A stretch of DNA of 32,000 nucleotides from Geobacter sulfurreducens PCA (GTDB lineage: Bacteria; Desulfobacterota; Desulfuromonadia; Geobacterales; Geobacteraceae): NCBI RefSeq assembly GCF_000007985.2, contig NC_002939.5, positions 2,130,001 through 2,162,000 of the forward strand. Reading direction: 5' to 3'. The position numbers and the translations under genes are program-made. Of this stretch, positions 6,392 to 14,100 are shown in pieces. The notes below the pieces were generated by a model, which saw only the letters and a program-made list of their open reading frames with translations, did not search any database and was not told the DNA's origin. The stretch's first letter is position 1. Every line of letters starts with the position of its first letter.

Positions 6392-6420
6392 TTAGTACAT
6401 GAGTTGACGGTTCAAGTCAA
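6392..6420 (-). promoter_or_regulatory. Candidate sigma70-type promoter for leader cassette 2
   Basis: The minus strand reads TTGACT (6420-6415), a 17-nt spacer, then TACTAA (6397-6392). The layout parallels cassette 1. Confidence 0.35.
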
Positions 6421-6517
6421 CACATAACAATTTCATTGTAATAATTTTAATAGATTATTAAGCTGCATATACACAATATACCTCCCCGATCGACTGCATC
6501 ATCGGGTGTCGGTGAAA

Positions 6518-6535
6518 TTTACATGTGCATGTAAA
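6518..6535. promoter_or_regulatory. 18-bp palindrome TTTACATG-TG-CATGTAAA in the divergent AT-rich intergenic region (candidate operator)
   Basis: The 8-bp arms are perfect with a 2-nt spacer. It is flanked by repeated GAAA(A)ATTT strings. It lies between the cassette-2 promoter and the PEP-CTERM gene. Confidence 0.3.
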
Positions 6536-6586
6536 GAAAATTTGAAAAATTTCAAGCAACTACCTACAACGCTCTGAATTACGGGG

Positions 6587-6592
6587 TATAAT
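6587..6592 (+). promoter_or_regulatory. Possible -10 box (TATAAT) for the PEP-CTERM gene
   Basis: It is a perfect TATAAT about 85 nt upstream of ATG 6676, but no good -35 is visible. Confidence 0.25.
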
Positions 6593-6675
6593 AACAGCGG
6601 AACGTAATCGTTTTTACGGTACACAAATTGCTAATACCCTATACATACTCAAAAGATACATGAGGAGGGTCAACA

Positions 6676-7350
6676 ATGATACCCCCAGGCAAGTTATCTC
6701 TTATTATGCTTTTAACATTGTTACTGGCGGGGCCTTCCGCGTGGAGCTACCCCGTGCAATACACGTTGGATGGGTACGTAATTCAGGGCCCCGGCATTGA
6801 TGATTCGGCAGGCTTTCTTGACAATATGGGGATTACCGTGGGAAGTCATGTTTCCTACACCGTTGTCATAGACCTGGATGCCAGAGGGACGGTGTTAATG
6901 AGTGACGGCACCGTAACCGAGCGGACAGACCCGTATGGTAGAGGGACATTCTATGCTCACTACGCCGGGGGCTCGACCATCACTTCTGACAATTATCTGA
7001 GCTCATACAATGGAATATCCGAAAACAACTATGGCGGGAACAAGTGGTTGACCAGCACCTTTTCTGAACGCTGGCTCAGTGTGAGCAGTGGAAACAACTA
7101 TCTTTCGTTCTACGACATGCTGCTGCAACCGGATGCCCTCGGGGGGTGGTCGGCAAGTTCCGCTCGCGCTTTCGGGGCCGGCACCATGCGCAACACCATT
7201 TTCGACGAGTTCGGTAACAGTTCCAAATTCTACTTCCTGGCTCAAATAACGAACGCAGAAACCGTTCCCGTGCCCGAACCATCAACCTTCGCACTTCTTG
7301 GGGCCGGACTTGCCGGAATTATCCTTCTCAGAAGAAAGAAGTACTTTTAA
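6676..7350 (+). CDS. PEP-CTERM sorting-domain secreted protein
   Basis: GAGGAGGG lies upstream of the ATG. There is an N-terminal signal peptide (LLTLLLAGPSAWS). The C-terminus VPVPEPSTFALLGAGLAGIILLRRKKYF has the VPEP motif, a TM helix and a basic tail. Confidence 0.9.
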   Translation: MIPPGKLSLIMLLTLLLAGPSAWSYPVQYTLDGYVIQGPGIDDSAGFLDNMGITVGSHVSYTVVIDLDARGTVLMSDGTVTERTDPYGRGTFYAHYAGGSTITSDNYLSSYNGISENNYGGNKWLTSTFSERWLSVSSGNNYLSFYDMLLQPDALGGWSASSARAFGAGTMRNTIFDEFGNSSKFYFLAQITNAETVPVPEPSTFALLGAGLAGIILLRRKKYF

Positions 7351-7415
7351 CTACTAGTTCGGCACAACCTGAATCATGGCCAGAAACAGGTCATGGGGTG
7401 GAATATTTTATCCCT

Positions 7416-8756
7416 TCACCTGCCGACTTTCGACACGACGAATCGACGTTTGTTCGATCTTTCAAGCGGTATTTCGTCCACCAGCTTCATGTCTATGACC
7501 AGTTCCGGATCACCTTTTTCAAGGATTTCGGACTTGAGGCTAGTCCAGTGTTCGGGCTTGAAATCCGGTCGAGGCACGATCAAAACGGTGATCCGGGCCC
7601 GTTCCTCCTGAATGACCTTGAACGTATCAATGGACTTGTAGTACTCGAATATCCCCGTAAAAAAATGCACGATCAGCCGGTTGCCCCGCGGCGTCACAAC
7701 CACATCGGTGTCACGTCCCTCAACCTTGGCGAGCAGTTCGAACCCCCGCCCGCACGGGCAGGTTTCACCGGCGCTTTTAACGCCAAGGTCTCCCACGCGG
7801 TATCGTATCAGTGGCATGGCGCCGGGGTGCAGGCGAGTCAGCACAATGTTCCCCACCTGACCGGGAGGCACTGGGTTGCCCTCATCATCCACCACCTCCA
7901 GCGCCACATGGGGCATGAAGATGTGGTATGCACCGTCGCTTCTTCCACACTGGGCGGCGATCTGGATGCCCTCTCCGCAACCGTATGTGTCGGTAACGCG
8001 GCATTTAAACGCGCTTTCGACCCTCTCGCGATAATGGGCATAGAGATTGTCGCCCCACGAAACGATTCCGGTCAGGGGCCTGTTGAATCCCACCTCCAAC
8101 GCTCTCGTGGCCACGCAATAAAGGCTGCCGGCATACCCCATGACGTAGTCCAACTTTTTGCTGTCGATGAGGTCCAGGTACCTATCCAGTACCCGATCCG
8201 ACAAATCAAAGGCAGAGGCGTATTCTACTCTCAGAAGGATGTCCTTCAGCTTCTTGACCGCTCCCCTCTCCAGGGTCATGCCGGTCTGGAGGAACGGGTC
8301 ACCGATGTTCCAGCCCGAGTAGTTGGCCCTGAGAAACATCAGTGCCCGGGCCATGCTCATCGTTTCGTTATCCACCCGAACGGCAAAGGGGCTTCCCGAT
8401 GAGCCGCTGGTACAATACTCGCGCCAGGGCCACCCGGTATCCCTGGTGCATGAATGGGGATAAGCTTCCCTGAGCATGTCCTTTGTCACCATCGGCAGCA
8501 AAGACAGATCTTCAGCCTTGAGGACGCCGGCGATGTTCACCCCGTGCCTGTCATAGAGTTCGCGATAAAAGGGTATGTCTGCATAGGCGGTCCGGACAGT
8601 CTCGCGCACCAGTTCGTCTTGGCGGCGCTGAAGCTCTTCCCTGCCCAACCACTGCATGTCACTGTACAGACGGTAATAATGCATGGTGCAGTTCCGGGTC
8701 GCATAATCTGCAAGGGGCAACAACACATTCTCGCACATGGCTGTATATATCGACAT
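7416..8756 (-). CDS. PaaK/CapK-like adenylate-forming enzyme (phenylacetate-CoA ligase / F390 synthetase family)
   Basis: The first codon of the ORF track is TTG at 8759. ATG 8756 has AAGGGAG 7 nt upstream. It carries the TSGSSGSPF AMP-binding P-loop-like motif and has the family-typical length. Confidence 0.8.
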   Translation of the reverse strand: MSIYTAMCENVLLPLADYATRNCTMHYYRLYSDMQWLGREELQRRQDELVRETVRTAYADIPFYRELYDRHGVNIAGVLKAEDLSLLPMVTKDMLREAYPHSCTRDTGWPWREYCTSGSSGSPFAVRVDNETMSMARALMFLRANYSGWNIGDPFLQTGMTLERGAVKKLKDILLRVEYASAFDLSDRVLDRYLDLIDSKKLDYVMGYAGSLYCVATRALEVGFNRPLTGIVSWGDNLYAHYRERVESAFKCRVTDTYGCGEGIQIAAQCGRSDGAYHIFMPHVALEVVDDEGNPVPPGQVGNIVLTRLHPGAMPLIRYRVGDLGVKSAGETCPCGRGFELLAKVEGRDTDVVVTPRGNRLIVHFFTGIFEYYKSIDTFKVIQEERARITVLIVPRPDFKPEHWTSLKSEILEKGDPELVIDMKLVDEIPLERSNKRRFVVSKVGR

Positions 8757-8803
8757 CAAGGGACTCCCTTAGTGGCTGGGTTAAATATTCTTTTTAAGCG
8801 ACA

Positions 8804-9874
8804 TCATGACTGATGGTTTGCGGTGAGGCGGCTCTTGATGGCACCCTCAAGCATAGACCGCCATACCCCCGCCCTGTATTTCCCGCAGTTACGAAGCATG
8901 TGCAAAAGGGTCAGCACCTGGTGGCGGCGCAGCGCATGCCGCGCCAGACGGTCATAGGAACTGCCACTCAGTTTTGAGTACAGTTGCTTGTACGTATCGA
9001 ACGGATCGGGAACCGTACCGTCAAAGTCGGGGAAGTAATCGTCTCCGATCCTTCCGTGCACAATCTCCCATTTCGAGATTGCACCGTCAGTGAACTCCAC
9101 GTAAAGATAGCCCGTTTTACGGGTGCTTTCGTTCCAGATCATATCGCAGATGAAGTTACCCAGACTATAGGCGATCAGGCCGCTGCCATACTCCTCAACC
9201 TCCCGCATGACATGGGGGTGGTGCCCCACGACCACCTTCGCCCCCGCATCGATCATCCTTCGCGCAATCCGCTTTTCGTCTTCACTGGGGATCTCGATGA
9301 ACTCGTCCCCCCAGTGCAGGGAAACGCAGACGATCGGATGTGCTTTCGCCGCCTCGGCTATCTCCCCATAGCAGTTCGCTTCGTCGAATTCGCGGTACGG
9401 TGGTTTATCGGAGAATCCCTGGCGGGGCCGTGCTGACCAGCCGAGAAAGCATACGGAGCGGTCGCCGGTTCCGACTATATTTGAACTGCCACCATTGCGC
9501 CCCAGCCCCACGATGCCGATCCCTTTGTCGGCAAGCACCTTCAGAGTCTTGTCGAATGGATCAATCCCATGCTGGTAAATGTGGTTATTGGCGATATTGA
9601 CGGCATTGAAACCCGCCTGCTCCAGAAAGTCGGCATATGCCGCTATCCCCCTGCAGTTGAGCTCCTCGTGCGACGCGGCCGTCAACTCGGCAGTCCCGAG
9701 CGTGAACTCCAGATTGCCGAACAGGATGTCGTGTTCGCAGCCTCTCCGGAACAGCGCGTGTGCCTTATCCGGTGGAACGCCGTCGCGGTACCTGGAATAG
9801 AAACCGAACCCGACTGATTTCGGGTGATCCCCAAGAGCGATATCGCCGACAAAGATGCACTTAATGGGCTTCAT
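8804..9874 (-). CDS. CapA/PgsA-family metallophosphatase-fold protein
   Basis: Family motifs are present: FVGDIALGD, ANNHIYQHG, HWGDEF, GHHPHV and SLGNF. GGGGAG lies upstream of ATG 9874. Confidence 0.8.
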   Translation of the reverse strand: MKPIKCIFVGDIALGDHPKSVGFGFYSRYRDGVPPDKAHALFRRGCEHDILFGNLEFTLGTAELTAASHEELNCRGIAAYADFLEQAGFNAVNIANNHIYQHGIDPFDKTLKVLADKGIGIVGLGRNGGSSNIVGTGDRSVCFLGWSARPRQGFSDKPPYREFDEANCYGEIAEAAKAHPIVCVSLHWGDEFIEIPSEDEKRIARRMIDAGAKVVVGHHPHVMREVEEYGSGLIAYSLGNFICDMIWNESTRKTGYLYVEFTDGAISKWEIVHGRIGDDYFPDFDGTVPDPFDTYKQLYSKLSGSSYDRLARHALRRHQVLTLLHMLRNCGKYRAGVWRSMLEGAIKSRLTANHQS

Positions 9875-9888
9875 GGCAACTCCCCGGA

Positions 9889-10848
9889 TTATCGGTCCAT
9901 CCCCAGTGTCGTTCTGAGCACATCCCGTCGTTCATTCTGCGTTCGTACAGCTCGCCCTTTCCACTCCCGGATATTATCCCTCAGGCGGAAACGGTCCCGA
10001 TACGCTTCCCTTATCGCCTCAGCGATACTGGAGCTATCGTGTGCGGTGAACACCGTTCCCTGATTGAAATATTCCCGCAAACAGGCCCTGTCGGACGTGA
10101 CCAGCGGCCGTTCAGCAGCCATGGCTTCGTAGGCACCGCATACGAGACAGTTCTCGTGCTCCGTCAGATCGAGAACGATATCCGACTGGTAAAGCCTCTC
10201 ATAAAAGTGCTGTTCCGGCACAAATCCCAGGAAGCTCACATGGGGGTAATCGGACGGATCAATGCCGACCTTGGCGTAATTGCCGGAGACATAAAATCTG
10301 AAGTTTTCGGCAGAAAGCTCACGGGCAGCCTCGAAAGCCGACTCGTACGGTTCGTCAATGTCAAAGGAACAGATAAAAAAGACCGACCTATCCTCAGGGG
10401 CGGCACCAGAATCATAGCGGGCCAGGTCGGGCAGCGGGTCCTCGCATACCAGCGCCTGCCCACCGATGGATTCCACATGGGCGGCATGGTCCCGATTGGT
10501 AACGATGACCAGATCCGCCGATCTGTTGCAGAGATCGAGAGCTTTCTGAAACAGATAATTGCCGTTGTACGCGATGACGCCCCCGAAGTGGGCATCGGTG
10601 ACAAACCTATACCCGAACAACACCCGAGCCAGCAACAGCAGGTAGTTCAGGACGATGGAAGGGTTCTGGGCGAACACCACATCGGGCTTTTCCCTGCGGA
10701 CCGCGGCTATGGTGTTGTATGCGCAAAAGAGATAGCGCCGCAATCTCGCACCGCTGTGAGCAATAACATGAAGTTCCGCACCAAGCATGGCAGCCATCGA
10801 TTTGTTGCGTATCTGATGTTCCCAGGTAATCCAAACAGCTTTTTTCAT
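9889..10848 (-). CDS. Glycosyltransferase (GT-B, GT4-like)
   Basis: The C-terminal half contains CGAYEAMAAERPLVTSD, an EX7E-like region. The N-terminal half is Rossmann-like. No finer assignment is possible by eye. Confidence 0.55.
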   Translation of the reverse strand: MKKAVWITWEHQIRNKSMAAMLGAELHVIAHSGARLRRYLFCAYNTIAAVRREKPDVVFAQNPSIVLNYLLLLARVLFGYRFVTDAHFGGVIAYNGNYLFQKALDLCNRSADLVIVTNRDHAAHVESIGGQALVCEDPLPDLARYDSGAAPEDRSVFFICSFDIDEPYESAFEAARELSAENFRFYVSGNYAKVGIDPSDYPHVSFLGFVPEQHFYERLYQSDIVLDLTEHENCLVCGAYEAMAAERPLVTSDRACLREYFNQGTVFTAHDSSSIAEAIREAYRDRFRLRDNIREWKGRAVRTQNERRDVLRTTLGMDR

Positions 10849-10874
10849 TCAGTGGCCCCGCAGCTCATAATTCC

Positions 10875-12710
10875 TTACTTGAAAAATTGTTCCCGCCAGA
10901 TTGCATAATTGACCAGGGGCCATAACACATCGCCATGGTTATATCTTCGGCTCGCATGCTCCGCAATCAACTGCTCAATCCGCGGTCTGCTGACGCCGTT
11001 GATGCCACGGGCGGTATCGAGGAGAAGATCAAGGTACCTGCCCAAACCGCTATGGTCACGCAGCCATTCGTCCACGGGCACACCGAAGCCGACCTTTTTC
11101 TTGTAGACGATCTTTCGGGATATATGCCTTTCCGCAACCTTCTTGAACACGTGCTTGGGAGTGAAGTGCCGGACTTTGTACTGATACGGAATTGTGTTGG
11201 CCACGTCCAGCATCTCGTTGTCAAGGACCGGGACCCTGGACTCAACTGAGGCGGCCATGCTCATCTTGTCCTGCCGCATCAGAATCGGCTGAAGATAGGA
11301 CTTCTGTTCATAGAGGAGCAGATTGTCGAAAAGACTCAACTCATCGTTCCAGACGCTGTCCACCAGGGCGGATCGGGCATCGAGAGTGACATCGCCGGAA
11401 TCCAGCAGCCAGGAAACCTTCTCCTTAGTGGTAAAGGATGAATTCCACAAGGCCAGTTCACGGGCACCAAGACCGAGGTTGTCGACTATTTTGACGATCT
11501 TTCGTGCAGGAACGCCCTTCAGGACCGACTTCACCAGCGAAGCAACACTCGGATTCAACTTGTTATATGCATCGCCGAACCTGCAAATCTGATAACGGGG
11601 ATAACCGGCAAAAAGTTCATCGGCCCCTTCGCCGGTCAGCAGGACCGTCACAAACTGTCGTGCATACGTGCACAGCAGGTACATATGCACGGAGTTGGCA
11701 TGACAGAGGGGCTCGTCGTGATACCAGATAACCTTGGGCAGAGTGTCGGCAAAGGTCTTGCCGTCGACTCTGATCTGGTGATACTCAAGCCCCGCCGAAT
11801 CCGCCAGCAGCCGTGCATAGGCTGACTCGTCATAGGCACTTTCGAAAAAACTGACCGTAAAGGTCTTCAGTCCGGGTGAGTATCCAGCAGCCAGTTTGCT
11901 GACAAGACTCGAATCGACCCCCCCGCTTAGTTGAGTGCCAAGGGGAACGTCCGTCATCATCTGGCGCTGCACCGATGCTGTCAACGCGGCATCAACCGTC
12001 TCGACGAGATCTCCGTCTTGAGCATAGTTCAACACGTACTTGGATAAATCCCAGAATTTTTCGAACGTACAACCGTTAGGAGAAATTTTGATATACGTGC
12101 CCGGCTCAAGGGCGTTGACGGAAGAGAAGAACGTCCTGAAATTTGCAACATACCTGAAACAAAGGTATTCCGCCAGGCAGTCATTAGCCTCCTCGGTTAC
12201 AACCTCGCCAGACGCCAGAATACCCTTTATCTCCGAACCGAAAATAATGGCTTCCTTGTTGAGATGATAGTAGAGGGGCTTGATGCCGACCCTGTCTCTC
12301 GCAATGAACATGACGTCGTTGCGTGTGTCGTAGAGACAGAATGCAAACATACCGTTGAGCTTGCTTATGAACTCGATCCCGTATTCTTCGTACAGGTGAA
12401 TAATTACTTCACAATCACTCCGCGTGGAAAACACGTGGCCCTTGCTTTCCAGAAACGGAACGAATTCCTTGTAATTGTATATCTCCCCATTGGCAAGCAG
12501 GACGATGGTTTTTGTTTCATTATAAAGTGGCTGATGGCCTGAAACCGTATCAATAATACTCAGTCTCTGAAACCCGAGCGCAGCCCTCCCATTTATGTAT
12601 TTCCCCGAGGAATCAGGACCCCGATGGTAAATTGCCTGCATCATTGCATCTATATCACTGCTGTCACCGGCATTTTTATTAAAATAATATTTACCTACAA
12701 TTCCGCACAT
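10875..12710 (-). CDS. asnB: Asparagine synthase (glutamine-hydrolysing) family amidotransferase
   Basis: MCGIVG supplies the N-terminal nucleophile Cys. SGGVDSS is the PP-loop. The protein is 611 aa, and AGGA lies upstream of ATG 12710. Confidence 0.9.
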   Translation of the reverse strand: MCGIVGKYYFNKNAGDSSDIDAMMQAIYHRGPDSSGKYINGRAALGFQRLSIIDTVSGHQPLYNETKTIVLLANGEIYNYKEFVPFLESKGHVFSTRSDCEVIIHLYEEYGIEFISKLNGMFAFCLYDTRNDVMFIARDRVGIKPLYYHLNKEAIIFGSEIKGILASGEVVTEEANDCLAEYLCFRYVANFRTFFSSVNALEPGTYIKISPNGCTFEKFWDLSKYVLNYAQDGDLVETVDAALTASVQRQMMTDVPLGTQLSGGVDSSLVSKLAAGYSPGLKTFTVSFFESAYDESAYARLLADSAGLEYHQIRVDGKTFADTLPKVIWYHDEPLCHANSVHMYLLCTYARQFVTVLLTGEGADELFAGYPRYQICRFGDAYNKLNPSVASLVKSVLKGVPARKIVKIVDNLGLGARELALWNSSFTTKEKVSWLLDSGDVTLDARSALVDSVWNDELSLFDNLLLYEQKSYLQPILMRQDKMSMAASVESRVPVLDNEMLDVANTIPYQYKVRHFTPKHVFKKVAERHISRKIVYKKKVGFGVPVDEWLRDHSGLGRYLDLLLDTARGINGVSRPRIEQLIAEHASRRYNHGDVLWPLVNYAIWREQFFK

Positions 12711-12768
12711 TATAGTTTCCTTGAATCATTCATGTTATATTTCTTGTCGTCATAACCACAAATTTAAA

Positions 12769-14100
12769 TTAAAATTTAACAAAGTTACTTTCAATTTTAT
12801 TGAACATAGAATGGAGTGAGAAAGTCATTCCTATAGCAAACCACCAGTAAATCTCATAAAGATCCATTCCGAACAAACCAAGAGTGAGTCTTATAATCAA
12901 AAATCCTATAATTGATGAGGCAACAGCTTCTATAAAACAGAGGTCTTCTTTAATTCTGGCCGAACCGCCATTAACACCTAACTGATATAAACTATGTTTA
13001 CTTTTAGTTCGGATATAATTCAAAATGCTAAGCATTTTATATATCATAAGCCCTACAACGATCAGCCCCTGTATTCCTAGATTAGTAGCTATTTCAAGAT
13101 ACAGGTTATGTGTATCCTGCGATCTGCCGAAATGCTCCGCTCTCACCTTGGGGAACGCCGCGACACCAACGCCGAATGGATAATCCGTGAAGATTTCCCA
13201 CGCATCTTCGAGTATTTGTATTCTTGCTTCGCTTGACCGCCCCTCCTTTTCCTCAAGGGTGAAGATGGATTTGAATCTATCCTGATAATCAGACGGAATC
13301 AGCGGTACGGACAGTGCTAAGACCAACACAATGTAACCAATAAACTTCCTCTTGTAGTTCGAGGTGTAAAATGCAAACGCAACAAATGCCAATATACCTA
13401 AGTATGCCGTCCTGGAGCCAGTATACAGCACAATATGCAGCGAGAGGCCGGCAAGTGCCAACAAAACAGCCTTGATATATTTGTTGCTCAGCGGCCAGAG
13501 AAAATAGACAAAGGGCAGCGTTCCGAGCGCCATACCGGCAAAGGAGTTTGGGTGGGCATAGAGGGGAGTTGAACCATGGAGACGTGGAATTCCCTGATTT
13601 TCCCAGATCAACCCACCCGATATTCGCCCAACAAATCCTTCCTGTCCCATCTTCAGGCAAGCCAAGAGGAATGCCCCCAGGAAATACTTCATGTTATTCG
13701 GGCTGCGCACAAATGAAACGATGAAAAACGCCATGAAGGCAAATTTGACAATCCGGTCGACAAATACGTCCCACGATCTGGCAAAATCATGAGAAAATGG
13801 TACTTGAATAACTATCACCAGAAAGTACAACAAAACATACGGGAGAAGAGGACACTTAGTGTCGACCTTTGGCGTCGCCAGAAATGCCAGCGCTGTCAAC
13901 ACCAACGCGTAAATAAACTCGAACCTTATGTCACCAAGGGCTGGAATCCTGTAGCCTAGCTGCAGATACCACGTAAGTACATAACCGCAGAACAGCAACA
14001 GCAGCGTTTTACCAACATACGGGTATTCGACCGGACGGTTGTCCGTATATTCCCCACTCGGCCCAATGGCCGACCGGCGGTCTAATGTCATATCCTGCAT
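12769..14100 (-). CDS. O-antigen ligase/polymerase (Wzy-like) family membrane protein
   Basis: It is polytopic and hydrophobic throughout. It carries GSRTAYLG and DTHNLYLEIATNLGIQG, which are Wzy_C-type motifs. An alternative start at ATG 14091 forms an ATGA overlap with the upstream stop. Confidence 0.8.
   Translation of the reverse strand: MQDMTLDRRSAIGPSGEYTDNRPVEYPYVGKTLLLLFCGYVLTWYLQLGYRIPALGDIRFEFIYALVLTALAFLATPKVDTKCPLLPYVLLYFLVIVIQVPFSHDFARSWDVFVDRIVKFAFMAFFIVSFVRSPNNMKYFLGAFLLACLKMGQEGFVGRISGGLIWENQGIPRLHGSTPLYAHPNSFAGMALGTLPFVYFLWPLSNKYIKAVLLALAGLSLHIVLYTGSRTAYLGILAFVAFAFYTSNYKRKFIGYIVLVLALSVPLIPSDYQDRFKSIFTLEEKEGRSSEARIQILEDAWEIFTDYPFGVGVAAFPKVRAEHFGRSQDTHNLYLEIATNLGIQGLIVVGLMIYKMLSILNYIRTKSKHSLYQLGVNGGSARIKEDLCFIEAVASSIIGFLIIRLTLGLFGMDLYEIYWWFAIGMTFSLHSMFNKIESNFVKF

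Noticed and set aside
7398-8402. A long plus-strand ORF (334 aa) lies opposite the PaaK-like gene. Similar long antisense ORFs occur at 645..1451, 10039..10908, 19195..19848, 20950..21552, 23635..24159, 25239..25838, 26810..27472, 28152..29555 and 30336..31100.
   Set aside because: All lie antisense to or overlapping minus-strand genes that carry clear family motifs. Their translations are low-complexity, rich in Arg, Gly, Pro, His and Val, as expected for shadow frames in GC-rich DNA. None has a convincing RBS.
7416-8756. The PaaK-like genes (also 14088..15449) could be taken as phenylacetate catabolism genes.
   Set aside because: There are no paaABCDE, paaG or paaZ-type neighbours. The context matches the CapK-type role in capsule and EPS loci.
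8804-9874. The CapA homologue could be taken as evidence for a poly-gamma-glutamate capsule locus.
   Set aside because: No PgsB/CapB (amide ligase) or PgsC/CapC genes are present. The neighbours are glycan-biosynthesis genes.
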